In this document: positions 14,961 through 29,808 of the stretch, one piece after another
Numbering within the stretch: the stretch's first letter is position 1
How the letters are laid out: every line of letters begins with the position of its first letter
DNA from: the human T2T-CHM13v2.0 reference genome, Homo sapiens
Length of the DNA stretch: 64,000 nucleotides
Reading direction: 5' to 3' (one strand)
NCBI RefSeq assembly: GCF_009914755.1
Contig: NC_060938.1
Made by a program: the position numbers and the translations under genes
The notes under the pieces: generated by a model
What the model was told of the DNA's origin: nothing
Database searches by the model: none
The model's input: only the letters and a program-made list of their open reading frames with translations

Positions 14961-16954
14961 AGAAATCTGCTGCCATGTTCCCCAATATGCCTCTCAAACA
15001 TCACCAGTGTTCTGAATACCTGCTGCAGTCCATCAATGCCTAGACTAGCCTATACATTTACACCATTTTTCTAACCAGTAGAATCTTGTTAGAAAAATGG
15101 TGTATTATATTACCATCTTTATTTTTGTTTATGGAGAATACCAGTTACTTAAAAATTTCTGAGTATTCAACCATGAGAGGTCTCACAGGCCTTTAGCGGG
15201 ACTGAGTTGTGCATTGGGTCTGCTCTTTGGTTTTCACGCCTATGTATTAACTTTGGAAAACATTTTTTGATTCTTCCAGATACTTGTAGCTAGATTGGTA
15301 TCCCAAATGAAACATTCAGCAGCATCTTCAACGCATTTGGGTAGAGTGCTAAACTAGGCTCCTGTGTTTCCCACACAAACATTCACCCCCTATTTTCATT
15401 TTCTGGCTGAATTTTATCTGTTAAGCAAGTCAAGACTGGCTTAATGTTTTTGCAGATAATCCTACTTGCAGCAATGTTAACTCTTCACTCAACCTTATTA
15501 CCTGAAGAACAAGCAGAAGGAGGCAAATTCAATTGAGATAATTTCTTCGATTTTTAAAAAATTCTAAGCACATCACTAGCCTTTCCATTTTAAAAATCAT
15601 TAACCTTATGCTGATACAATAATTACATCACTGTTGCTTTTTCAAAAGCCACATTATTAATTCTAATTTGCTACTGCTGGCCAGAGGTAAAAGGTTTAGA
15701 GGTAATGGGGGCAATTGAAGATTTTTCAAGAACAAAATCTTACCTGCATATATTGTTGGAACTGAGCTGATGGGATTTGTCTCTTGCTCCAGATGTTTTG
15801 AAAATACCTTTTCTTCCCAAATGTTTTCTCCATGCACTCTTCTTCCTGATTTGGTCTGAGGATGGACTGCAGGTTGTAAAATTGATGAATGTCTCCCTTT
15901 TTCCATTCTCTCACCAGATGAACTGGCCAAACATAAGAGGTTTTGAGAAATTGATATGTTTTATTGTTCAGATAAAAAGTGGATCTTCTTGTCAAATTAT
16001 TTTTCCATAGTAATTCCTTCCAGGATGAGATCATTGTCTGTATTTATCTTAATCAGTCCTCCACTTTAGTAGGTAAATTTGATAGTAAATTAAATATAAT
16101 GACAGAATTCTGTCATTCACAACATGTCCTTCATACTCCAATGTGTTTGGGAAAATAAAGATCTGGGATATATAGTACTTCGGGATTCCCGTCGATTGAA
16201 TGTTACAGAAGATTCCATGGGCATCATTCATATTATTAAAAAGTCTTGCCACACTCAAAACACCATGAACTTGGAAACAAGCTCAAGGATCCTCATTCCT
16301 AAGATGTAAATCTTTTCTAACCCTCAAATGCTCTCAAATGTACCCACTGCTCTCCTCTTTTCTTCTTAGACTTTTTAAAATAAACGAATGATACATCCTT
16401 TAAAAAAAAAACTATCCCAAACCTCTAGATTTATGTCTCTCTTACTCTGCTAAACTTTACTCTCAAGTGTTTCAGCAGCAAATGCTTCTCCCTTCATAGA
16501 TACAGCAGTCGAAAAGCACCAGCATCAGGCAGGTGACATCAGGCAGGGGGCTTGCAAGAGGGCAGCAAGTCTGGAGGAAAGCCCAGGCTCTGTGTAGAGG
16601 AACACCACTCCTCAGCCACAGCCAGTGTTGCTAGGTGAGCACTGAAATAAAGCATGAAAAAATAAATATTAACTTTTACAGGAAGGATCATGAGTTTTTG
16701 ATACCTGGCTTAAATTTTAAACATTCTGTAATCCATACACATACCAAAAAGTTCCTATGGTCTAAATGTGTTGTCTGTGTGTGGCTTATGCTGTCAGTCT
16801 GATTTTCTGATTACCTCTCCTCACCCCAGTAGACCGTATTCCCTCCCTCTCCTGAATTCTCATAGTACTTTATACCTCCCTTTTTTTTGCTTCCCATACT
16901 CTGCCTTACTGTTGCGGTAAATGTACTTTTTATCTGTATGCCTCTGCATTAGTA

Positions 16955-17443
16955 AGAAAGCAATCAATCAATAGCTGGCTTGAATATCAGGATATTTATC
17001 ATGCACCATAACAGATATTCCATGGTAGGGTACCTCCAGTCTGGATCATTTGAACAACTTAAAGGTAGCATCAAGAACCCAGATTATTTCCACATTTTTG
17101 CTACCCTGTTGGCTTATCTGAAGGCAAGCTCTCCTCTGGAGAGCAAGTGAATATTGCATTTCCAGGCACACAATTCAAAAATAAAAATATCTTGCATTTC
17201 TGTGGGTTTCTTTAGCTCAATGAGAAAACATTTCCCAGAAGCCTCTGCAGCCAACTTGACCAATATTTCCTTGGCTGGCACTGAATCACAAAACCTCAGC
17301 AAACCAATCACTCATTTACCAGTACGAGTTTAGGCTCGTCTAAGTCATGCGATAAAGGAGGAGCCATCAGAACAAAATTGGCATCTTCCAGCAGAGAAGT
17401 AAAGTAACGCCTGCATGGAATTTAACCAACAGTTTCTGTGACA
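16955..17443 (-). mobile_element. Old MLT1 LTR (J/K-like)
   Basis: CATCAAGAACCCAGATT...TTTCCCAGAAGCCTC...AACCAACAGTTTCTGTGACA. Confidence 0.6.
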
Positions 17444-18469
17444 ATCTCTTACCAGACTATAAATTTCTTGGGAATAAAGATTATGGTTGTGAGTACAATA
17501 GTTCAAGAAAGAGTGGTAAGATCTTAAAGTAAAGCAGTAGGATGGTGACAATGAATTAATTCACTGCCAGTGCACTTCAGCACATAATGCAACATCCAAT
17601 AAAGATTAAGTAAATATTAGATTAAACAGATTTCAGAATTCTCTAAATAGAAGTATATCCAGGGCACTATAAGAGAAAAAGGGAAGAAAGCGGTAACTGT
17701 CTGTCTGGGTCAGGGAAGTCTTTATGGTGGAGGTAATGCACCAAAACCAACAGTTATCCAGAGTGGTATCTGTTGCTAAATGAATCTATTATCCTTCCAC
17801 TATTATTGCCAGGTGGCATTATTAACACACATGTCAAGTGTACTGCAAAGTCACAGCAAGAATTTACTATTCTTCTGTTGATCTTCACTAGGCTTACAAA
17901 ATTTGAACGTATCTCTTGCTCTAAAATAATTTTAACAACAGGAAAGCAAAGTCACAGCCTACCTGTGTTCCAAACAGTAAGGTCTTATGACCTTTGCATG
18001 TTACAAAAAGGTAAATCAATAAGCCTGGAATATGCTTAATATTCCTTAAATACCTGTCCTGCCCATCTCTAAATGGAAACATCTTGAAATACAGTTTTGG
18101 GGGGTTTTTTTTGGCTTTCAGAGTGCGGAGGTTTTTCATTCCTTGCCTCCAGCTTCCCCCACACTCTCCATTTTATCCCAGATTGATATGAATAAAGATT
18201 GCCACTTCACCTCAGCCTTGCATTTTTCTTCTGAATGATACTAGAATTAGGTAATCAGATCAATTTATTGTTAATCTGGAGGAATTTTCTTTCCAATGAG
18301 ACTTGTCAGATCCATTAGTGTCCTTTGAAATCACTGTAATTGACCCAGCAGAGGCAAAATGGGAAACGGCACCTGTCTGCTCACAGTGAAGGCAATCATG
18401 CAATCATGACAAAACAGGCGCTATCGAAAACAGGAATCATGGCTCCTTTCCCCTCTCAGAGCGCTTGTA

Positions 18470-18811
18470 TAGTGGCGGATGCAACTAGAACCCTAGAAGC
18501 CTCCCTAACTCGAGTGCCAACTGTAAAGGCATCCCCATGAAACAGTCTATGGATAACCAGTAAAGAGGAAAAGGAATGGCACACAGACAAGAACCAAAGC
18601 CACTGCCAACAGACCCATCGGAGCACCAGGCTGGCAGCCATTCATCCAGTGGAGGACATTTTGAATTTCCCAGCCATCCTAGGGCATCAACTGACACTAC
18701 ATGAGATGGAGGAAGTGCCTGGTTAAGAATCATGAGAAATCAAACATTTGTGTTTCTTGAAACCAATATTTTTTGGGGTAGTTAGTTATAGAACAACAGG
18801 TAGCTGAAACA
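18470..18811 (+). mobile_element. MLT1F/G-like LTR
   Basis: AGAATCATGAGAAAT...TTTTGGGGTAGTTAGTTAT...AGGTAGCTGAAACA 3' end. Confidence 0.6.
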
Positions 18812-18942
18812 CAGAGATCCTATGAGAGAAACTGTAAGGGGCCTGAGGCTGATACAGAGAGAGCCACTGGTCCTAGAAGCTGCCTCTCTTGCTCATATTC
18901 TAAAGACCTTCCTTTTCTATTTCCAGGATTTTAGTCTCACAC

Positions 18943-19660
<718 letters not shown>

Positions 19661-20477
19661 CCAGTAAGTCCTTTTTGGCTCAAGATGGCTTCTGTTTTTT
19701 TTTTTTTACTAATTAAGCAACGTGAGGAAGTGACAGAGTTCAGGTAAGTAAGCTCAGCTCTGGATATTGGTTATAATCTTTGGGGCTGCGAGAGTAAAGC
19801 AGGCTCCATCCCAGAAGGGTCCAGGATACTGGTTCCAAGCCAGAAGGGAGCTGAGGAACAGAACAGAAGCCCACAGCGGCTCTAGGAGAGGCAGGCAGAC
19901 AATGCCAAATCCAAAACATAAGGCAGCAGCTGCTCAGATCTCCCAGACCTAAGTCCTGCCACTGGGGAGCAGCGCTGAAGCTACATGTGGAGAGGAAGTG
20001 ATCCTGAGAGCATCAGGAAGACAGACAGACAGCTCTAGAGGCAGACAGGGATGGACATAGCCCAAGTCCTTGTTTGCTTCAGCCCAATTCCCTCCCTGTG
20101 GAGCTATGTGTGCATGATGAGTTTGAGCAGCAAGTGAAACAGAACGAGAGGGAGGAAAGGAAGGGTAAGTAGAGAACTGAAGTATCTCAGAACCACCTTT
20201 CCCAGCGTGGGCTTTATTTTATGTCTATGTATTATAATTCCAGGTACAAGTTTGAGCAGCTTAGAGTCCAAGAGCATTAAGTGGCAGGAGAGAACAGACG
20301 GAGTAAGCTTGGATCTGACATAAGCACCAGCTTGTGGTCATCCTGTATGCATCTGATGACCCACTGGATAGACAGAGCCACTTCACAGGAAGTGAAGGTC
20401 CACACGGGTTGATGGAGTTGTTGGCAGACGAAGAGAACTCTAACTCAGAGCTGGAATTGAGAGAGAAGCCCTGTAGC

Positions 20478-20845
20478 AATCAGGAAGAGCTCGGTTATGC
20501 TGTCATGACAAATAACTCAAAAATCTCTTGGCTTACAATGGTAAGGTTTACCTCTCACTCACACTATGTCTATTGTAGTAGACAATAAATCTCTGTTCAT
20601 CACAGTCACTCAGGGACTCAGGTCTTGGGAAGATCCATCCTGCCATAGCTCTGTGGTTGCAGAAGCAGAGAGAAAATGGTACCCAACATGTTAGAGGCTC
20701 TGCCTAGCTATGACACACCACTTTTGCTTCTGTTGCACAGGCCAAAGTAAGTCACATGGCCATACACGCATTAAACAAGGTAGGGCTGTATAATCCTTCG
20801 ACAGAGGGGGGTTCTAACATGAGTGAAGAACAAAAGCCTATTACG
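20478..20845 (-). mobile_element. Old MLT1 LTR (K-like)
   Basis: GGTTATGCTGTCATGACAAATAACTCAAAAATCTCTTGGCTTACAA...AAGTCACATGGCCA. Confidence 0.65.
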
Positions 20846-21014
20846 TGATCCAGCCTAGAGGAAAGACCCCAGACACATAAAAGCTAAGGTGCTGAGCATC
20901 TTGTCATGTCAATGATTCCAGTGTGTGAAGGGGCCAGACATGTGATTGCATCTACAGTGTTAGGGCCACAGAAAACAGGTGAAAACAATTCATGAAGTCA
21001 AAATTGAATAATAG

Positions 21015-21225
21015 TAATAGAAGCTGCCATCTATTGACTCTCCTCTGTTTTCGAGCCAGACTCTTTTTATGCACGATTTTAATCCTCATCGTATGAGGAT
21101 CATTTTATCTTCACAAGAATTCTACCAGGGGTCAGAAAGATTATATCACCTGACCTAGGTCAAAGTCCTAGAAAGTGGCAGAGCCAGGATTTGAGCCCAC
21201 TCTGGTGACTTCCAAAGCCCATGGT
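21015..21225 (-). mobile_element. MIR fragment
   Basis: AGTGGCAGAGCCAGGATTTGAGCCCA...GACTTCCAAAGCCCATG. Confidence 0.7.
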
Positions 21226-22581
21226 CTTTCTGCTCCTTCCACAATACCATTCCACCTGTCTTGCACAACTGCAGTCAGGGCCAACCACAAGCCACATGTG
21301 ATCGGACCTGTCAAATCAGTGGCCTGAAATCTTTTGCAAAGATGTTCACATCAGAATCTTCAGTTTGGTGTGAGTGTACAGTATTGTGCATGAGACAGGA
21401 ATGGCCCATAGGATGAGCTTAAAATCAAGTTTGTTCTCCAAATGAAAACCCACTGCCCACTCCTTATACCTATATCAAGACCTAAATGCAACAGAAACCA
21501 GCATCTAAAGAGTTATTTGTGGCAAATCAGTTTCAAACTTTTCTCTTTCATGCCTTATGGAGAGTCCGGTGAGCCCTATAGCAACAACAACAAAAAATCC
21601 CCAAGTCAGATTGCACTGCAAAGGAGTAGCTGTGAAGGCTTCTGTCACACATAGATTATCATATTCACAGGCTTCACTGATGAGCCGAGGGGATTTCACT
21701 TTGTTAGACTATTTAAGATTCACTCAGAGCATCATTTCTGCTGAACTGCACACACATAATGCAGGTAGTCACTCTTCTCCTTCATGTCTGCTTGTACTTG
21801 TTCATTTCATGTAAGCCTCTTGCCTTATAGAGTTCAAACTAAAATGCTATTTGTTATTAAGCATTAAAAATACTCTCATACTATGAGAAATAGTAGTTTA
21901 ATCTGGAGATCATTGAGTGGCTTCTGGTTCCCCAGCTAAAGAAATCAAGCTCCACAGAGAACACACACATCACTTTGGCACATGCCCCAGCCTTTCTCAG
22001 AGCACGTCTGAATTGTCCACTTTTTGTTGTATAATACAAACCAATAAAAATCTTCTTGGAAGAAGACTTTGGTCACCTCTTGATGTGTATCTCTCTGGGA
22101 GTTCAAGGAATTTTCAGGAAAAAGCAACATCTCACTGAATGACCCAGAAACATTCAGCAACATTAAACAAGCGTTTAACAACATTAAATGTGGTTTTCTG
22201 TACCACATATTATGCTGTCATATGCTCAGCATTAGACAAACAAAAGTAGATGAGACATTATGCCTGCCCTTAAAGACTCTGTTTGGAGGGGTTATAAACA
22301 GACAAACACTGTGCTGCAGAAATAATACAAGGTCCAAAAAGACACTATAGGAAACACCAATGTCTATAGCTTACTTCTCCTTCTTTGCAAAATTTGTAAG
22401 CCAAATTAAAATGACCACCTTCAAATAAAACAGAGGGGATTTTTGACTACATGATGCCAAACAATTAGAGATCTACATTCAATGAAGGGCGGCATAGTCT
22501 GATTGTTGTGTGTAGGCTGTGCTGCTGCCACATCGGATATGCTTTTTAGATGCTGCTAAATATTTCCCTAATAATGAGTTA

Positions 22582-22918
<337 letters not shown>

Positions 22919-23239
22919 ATACCAGTTTCAGCTTGGACACATGCGGAGCTAGAAAGAGCATCCAAACTTAAACACTAGAAAAGCTGCAAATTACCAACTC
23001 CTCTTAAGCCCATCAGAAACGTTTAGATGGTAGTAAATATAGACAAGGTGATATCTAAGGAGAGACTTGAACTGCAGGGAAAAAAACAGGCACCAAGGTT
23101 TTGTTTTAAAAAGAAAATAGTTTAAGGCAAAAATGGTAACAATATTCTGGCTGTTTATGTAAAAGGAAAGTATATGGCAACAGTAGCACAAAGGATGGAC
23201 ATCGGGAGGATGGGAGGTAGGTATCATTCTAAACATGCA

Positions 23240-23813
23240 CCGATGCCTCCACCCAATGCCTCACGCCTCAATCCTCAGAACATGTGAATATAATGAGATG
23301 TTGCTTCCATGACTGTTACCTTATATGAACAGTTGACCTTCACCAGCTTCTGCTCATTATTCAGGTGTAGCTTATCTAATCACATAAGCCCTTAAAAGCT
23401 GAGAACATACTCAGACTGGGAAGGAAGTTAGAGGCATTTAAAGTGTGAGAAGGACCCGATGTGCCATTGCTCCTTTGAAGATGGAAAGGATGCATGAGAA
23501 GGAAAGCTAGTGGTCTTGAGGAGTTGAAGACAGCCCCAGATGACAGCCAGCATGGAAACAAGGGCTTCAGATCCACAGCCAGAGGGAACTGGATTCTACT
23601 AACAGCCTGAATGAGCCTGTAAGAAGATCCCTCCCTGGAGCCACCAGATAGAAGTTCAGCTCAGGCAAGACTTCAGGTGTGTGACCATTAGCAGAGAACC
23701 CAGGCAAGCCCATCCAGATTTCTGATTTACAGAACAGTAAGATAATAAACAGGTGTAGTTTTATGCTGCTATGCTTGTGGCAATGCTTTACAGAGAAACA
23801 GAAAACTAAGGCA
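23240..23813 (+). mobile_element. MLT1E-like LTR
   Basis: CTAATCACATAAGCCCTTAAAAGC...CCATTGCTCCTTTGAAGATGGA...CAGAAAACTAAGGCA. Confidence 0.75.
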
Positions 23814-24144
23814 TGGCCAATCAATGCAGACAAAGAAGAAACAAGGTTAAGAAGTAAATGGAGAAGTTTCCCAAAAAAATCATCTAAGGAAAAAGAAAGT
23901 TTTTTGAGCCATAGGGGATGTTGCTGTGGCAAGCTGGGAGTAGCAATAAGGAAGGACATGCGTGTTAGCCAAGGAGCAGTGTCCCTGCTCATTTCTTTCT
24001 ACCGCAATCAATAGGCAAGAATAATCCACTTGCACATCCACGTGTGGCTTCCTTCCTATTTCCAATACTCAATAGAGTCTCTGTTGTAAGAAAGGTGTTC
24101 CCACACTCAAAAGAATAAGGCCAGGTTGAAAAGGAAACCTCAGT

Positions 24145-25243
<1,099 letters not shown>

Positions 25244-25561
25244 GAGTGTTTGGATTTAACTTTTTTACCATGAACTTTTTAATAGAAAAGAAATAGCTAC
25301 TCCATAAATGATGTTGAAACTCTTATTCAAGCGTTGATAAAGGTAAAATTTCCTTCCAGTTGTGTTGAATCTAGGTAGAGCCAACACAAACTACTGCTAC
25401 CATGCTGCCTAGGATTTTTTCCCAACAAAATCAATGTCACGGTTTTTGAAGTGCACACAATTCAGTGCCACAAAGATCCCGGCCACTCAGAAATGTAGCT
25501 GGTGCTATTTCCAAGCTAACTGGTGACTGGTTTTACACAATATGCTGAACTTAATTATTTG

Positions 25562-25860
25562 AAAACAATGTTCTGTATAATACTGTAATGGTGGCTACAT
25601 GACATTATGCAGTTGTCAAAATCCAGAGCATATACAACACAATGAGTAAACCCTAATGTCAACTATGGATTTTAGTTTGTAATAATGTATTACAATTGGC
25701 TGACCCATAGTAAGAAATACAACCGCAGTAATCCAAAATGTTAATAATGGGAGAGGGAAGAAAAGGAGCAGGAAGTGTATAGGAACTCTCTGTACTTTCT
25801 GCTCATTTTTCTGTTAATCTAAAACTTCTCTGATAAGATAGTCTATTAATATTTTTTAAA
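25562..25860 (+). mobile_element. L1MC-type 3' end
   Basis: ATACTGTAATGGTGG...AACCCTAATGTCAACTATGGA...GGAACTCTCTGTACTTTCTGCTCA. Confidence 0.8.
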
Positions 25861-27284
25861 GTCCAGATTAAGATAACAGCTCCAGTCTTCTTCAGAGACC
25901 CATGAAAGTTCCCTTCTCCCTGCACTTAGGCACACATACAGAGGCAGGAAAATACTGAGCACAGGGCAATGTCGGCTTCGATGAGACTGTCCCGCCTTGC
26001 TGGTCAGAAGAAACAGATTGACAGCCAGACACCTCGCTTGAATCATCAAAGAACGGCCCTGGGTTTTACTGATTCTGGAGGATGCAACACCAATAGTCAA
26101 GACTCTTCATATTTTCAGTGGCTTCAACAATGTGGCAGGAAAGCACACAGCTAATTAAGAGGTGAAAAGCTGCACAATGAAGAAACACTGAAGGGCAAAC
26201 ACCACTGAGTTAATCAGAGAATGTTCCTGACATGAAGCCATTTTCCAGTACTTCTATTTCTGTTCATGCCTAAGCTAACAAGAAAATTATTAAATGTAAA
26301 ATTCACCCTTTTCCTTGGAATAAAGTTGTGGCCCCCTTGGCTTTACAGAAAAGGGGAGAAAATCACAAGTAATAGTGAAAGAATAAACAGACCACAGAAG
26401 GTAACTATTCTGAGTTTTCAAGGCAAATGTTTCCTTTTGAGAAATATTTCTTCCAAGAAAAAAAAATTATCAGAGAAAAATTTCTGATCAATTCCATAAA
26501 TCGATTTCAAGAGAGGTTTACATATATGAAGCATAACAAAATTTAAATCTTGAAAGACATGAATAGCAGAATTTAAAATGTTTTTGGTGCAATGAACAGT
26601 AGACTCTATGAGGCAGAAAACAAAATGTATTACTTAAAATATTAACTCAAGAAATCTTCCCAGAACATAAAGACATACAAAAAAGTACTACTGAAAAGAA
26701 GCTAAGAGTATGATGAAGGATTGATTCATGAGATCTAAAACAGGTAATCTTCTGGAAAGAAGGGAACAAAGCAGAGAGAGAATAAGCAATAGATCATATA
26801 AGAACATTGCTTAGGAGGAAGAAAATTTCAGACTCACAGGGTCCACTGACAACTAAGCAAAACAAAATAAAACATGCACAAGTAGGTATATGTGTTAATT
26901 TCCTAGTTTCTAAGAAAAAGAAAATATTTTATAAGCAGTCAAGAAGACAGATACAAAGAAGAAGAAAAAAAACTGAAAGAAAACAATTACTCACACACAC
27001 ACACAAAATGAAACTTGTTTTGACACCAAAACTGCAGTAACACTAAATGGCCTTATATTTGAGTTTACTAGATAGCTTTCATAGATGAGATTCAGTCAGC
27101 AAATTTATTTTGTGCAAAAATTCCAAGCTCTTTGAAAAATGAAAAGTTCTAAAGCAAGCTTACATTCCCTGTGATGACACTGGCAAAGCAGGGGCTGAAA
27201 AATGAAAAGAGCCATCTAGAAATTATATTTATCCCTCTTCAAAATTTTGTCATTAGTCAATTACGTGGGGTTTTATTTTGTATT

Positions 27285-27420
27285 TCATTTATTTATCAAC
27301 TTTTAGGTTCAGGGGTACTTGTGCAGGTTTGTTACGTAGGTAAACTGTGTGCTACAGGGGTTTGGTGTACAAATGATTTTGTCACCCAGATAATAAGCAT
27401 AGCACCCAACAGGTAGTTTT
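27285..27420 (-). mobile_element. L1PA/PB 3' terminal fragment
   Basis: TTCAGGGGTACTTGTGCAGGTTTGTTAC...GTCACCCAG...AGGTAGTTTT. Confidence 0.85.
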
Positions 27421-27445
27421 GAAGTCTCCAAAGACAATGCAGGTG

Positions 27446-27759
27446 GGCTGGGCGCAATGGCTCACACTTGTAATCCCAGCATTTTGGGAGGCCAAGGAGG
27501 GCAGATCACCGGAGTTCAGGAGTTTGAGACCAGCCTGGCCAACATGGGAAAACTTCACCTCTACCAAAAACACAAAAATTAGCCAGGTGTGGTGGCACAT
27601 GCCTGTAATTTCAGTACTTGGGAGGTTGAGGCAGGAGAATCGCTTGAAGCCCGGAGGCAGAGGTTGCAGTTAGCTGAGATCGCACCATTGCACTCCAGTC
27701 TGGGCGACAGAGCAAGACTCTAAAACAAACAAACAAACACAACAACAGCAACAACAACA
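27446..27759 (+). mobile_element. Full-length AluS with (CAA)n tail
   Basis: Complete dimer; degenerate TSD AAGACAATGCAGGTG/AAAATAATGCAGCTG. Confidence 0.95.
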
Positions 27760-28074
27760 AAAATAATGCAGCTGTCTATAGAAGAAATGGTATGGGGCAC
27801 TTTACAAAATCCTGGATTTGGAGTCAAAAGACTACCAACAAGTCCAAACGTGCCTTCTCTGCCTACCAGTTACGTGACTTCTAGCAAATTACTTTTTGTC
27901 TGGGGACTTTGATTTCCTCCACTATGATGTGGGCATTATGATTGTGTCCAGTGGTCCATGTGATGCCACTAGCAATGCACTTCTATTAGGATGCATTAAG
28001 AGAACAAAACTGCTAACAGATCCAAGAAAGTGACAAGGGATTAGAAGGCTATTTTCTAATTAAACTTGGAGGGT

Positions 28075-28469
28075 ATTCTCAGTCTGTTTAGGCTGCTGTA
28101 ACACAGTATCATAGACTAGGTGGCTTACACACAACAGACATTTATTTCTCACAGCTCTGGAGGGTGGGAAGTCTAAGATTAGGGTTCCAGCAGATTCAGT
28201 GCCTGTTGAGGACCTGCTTGCTGGTTCACAGACAGACATCTTCTCATTGCTCTGGTTCACAGGTCACAACTTCTTGTGATATTCTTACAGCAAGCTAGTG
28301 GTGAGAGATCTCTCTGGGGCCTTTTTTTTATAAGGGCACAAATCCCATTTATGAAGGCTCTGCCTCATGACCTAAGCACCTCCCAAAGGAGCCACCTCCT
28401 GACCTATCATCTTGGAAGTTAAAATTTCAATGTGAATTTTGGTGGGACACAAACATTCTGACCCTAGCA
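28075..28469 (-). mobile_element. MLT1A-type solo LTR
   Basis: GGCTGCTGTAACA...ATTTATTTCTCACAGCTCTGGAGG...GGGACACAAACATTCTGACCCTAGCA. Confidence 0.85.
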
Positions 28470-28889
28470 GGGTTAATCATGGAATCCAGATATTGAAAGG
28501 ATCCACAAGATACTCTACTAAGTGCTGATTTAAAAAGAAGCATTATATTGCCGTATGTATTCATTAACTTGATCAATAAATGTTAGTAAGATGCTTATTA
28601 CACACATAAAATTAATCTTGTCTCTGCAGTTTACAAAAAAAAATATGGCATGACCACTACTTTACAAGTGCTTATAAATTCTAGTGGAAAAAAAAGAAGA
28701 AGAAATTTTAAAAATTCTAGTGGAAAGTAAGTCACACACATCTCAATAGATAATAGTTTAAAATTAAAATATTATTAATGGAACATGTAGATTTTAAAAA
28801 ACTGAATAATATGCACTATGGGAACTTAGAAGAAGACATCTCCCAGCCTGAAGAAGGTAGGGATTTAGCTGGATTCTGGAGGGTGGATA

Positions 28890-29320
28890 AGTGAGGCAGA
28901 GACCGACTGAACATTTGCTCTAACTATTTTCTCCTCTTCCTATGCAAAAAGATGGCATTTCTCAGCCTTTCTTGCAGCTAGATGTTGTCGTGTGACTGAG
29001 CTGAGATAAATATTACGCAGGTAGAAGTGATGTGCCCCGATCCATGCCTGGTCATAAAAGATGCTACCCATTACTCCATGTCTTGGCTTTTTCTTCATTG
29101 GAAGCTCAGAATCAGGGGTCTGGTGAAGAATTATGTGGCCCCTGGGGATGAGAAAGCCACTAGATGGAATACCTCTGACTGCAAAATGACTGAATGGGAA
29201 AGATTGCCCCCTCCCAGCCCAGCCAGCTCAGTCCACCATAGACTGACATGAGAAATAGCTTATTTCATGAAGCCCCTGAGACATAGGGTTGTTTTTTGTG
29301 AAGATGCCTACCTTGAATAA
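28890..29320 (+). mobile_element. Old MLT1 LTR (I/J-like)
   Basis: CATTTCTCAGCCTTTCTTGCAGCTAGATG...GTAGAAGTGATGTG...AAGCCCCTGAGA. Confidence 0.6.
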
Positions 29321-29397
29321 TATATTTTGTGAAGTAGGGCAAAAATAAAAACAGAGCAATAACAGAAGCCTAGAATGCTCAATACTTGTTTTCTCAT

Positions 29398-29550
29398 AGT
29401 CTCAAAACTATGAGTAATCATAGTCTTGCATGTGAATATGCATAGAGTTTTGTAAAATGCAGGTTCCGATTTAGCGGGTTTGGGGTAAGACAGAGGTTCT
29501 GTACTACCAAGCTTCCAGGGGCAGGGGATGTAGATGCTTCTGGTCCACAG
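29398..29550. mobile_element. MER5A-like hAT MITE fragment
   Basis: GATTTAGCGGGTTTGGGGT...CAAGCTTCCAGG...GATGCTTCTGGTCCA. Confidence 0.6.
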
Positions 29551-29808
29551 AGGCTCACATCTGTAATACCAGCACTGTGGGAGGTAGAGGCAGGAGAATC
29601 ACTTGAGGCCAGGAGTTCAAGACCAGCCTGGGCAACATAGCAAGACCCCATCTCTAAAAAATAAAAATAAAAATAAAAATTAGCTGGGAGTTGTGGCACA
29701 CACCTATAGTCCTAGCTACTTAGGAGCTATGATTGCACCACTGCGCTTTACCCTGGGTGACAGAGTGAGACCCTGTCTCTAAAATAATTAAATTAAATTA
29801 AATATTAA
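29551..29808 (+). mobile_element. AluJ with right-arm internal deletion
   Basis: GGCAACATAGCAAGACCCCATCTC (J-type); right arm jumps TACTTAGGAG|CTATGATTGCACC. Confidence 0.85.

Noticed and set aside
15880-16070. Resemblance of W..H.VREW...DIHQ to hyaluronidase or RTE reverse transcriptase
   Set aside because: Only a few residues match by eye, spacing is off and frames are inconsistent; not enough to name a product.
18340-18360. CTCF-like CCAGCAGAGGCA (also near 42990)
   Set aside because: Incomplete match to the core; expected by chance.
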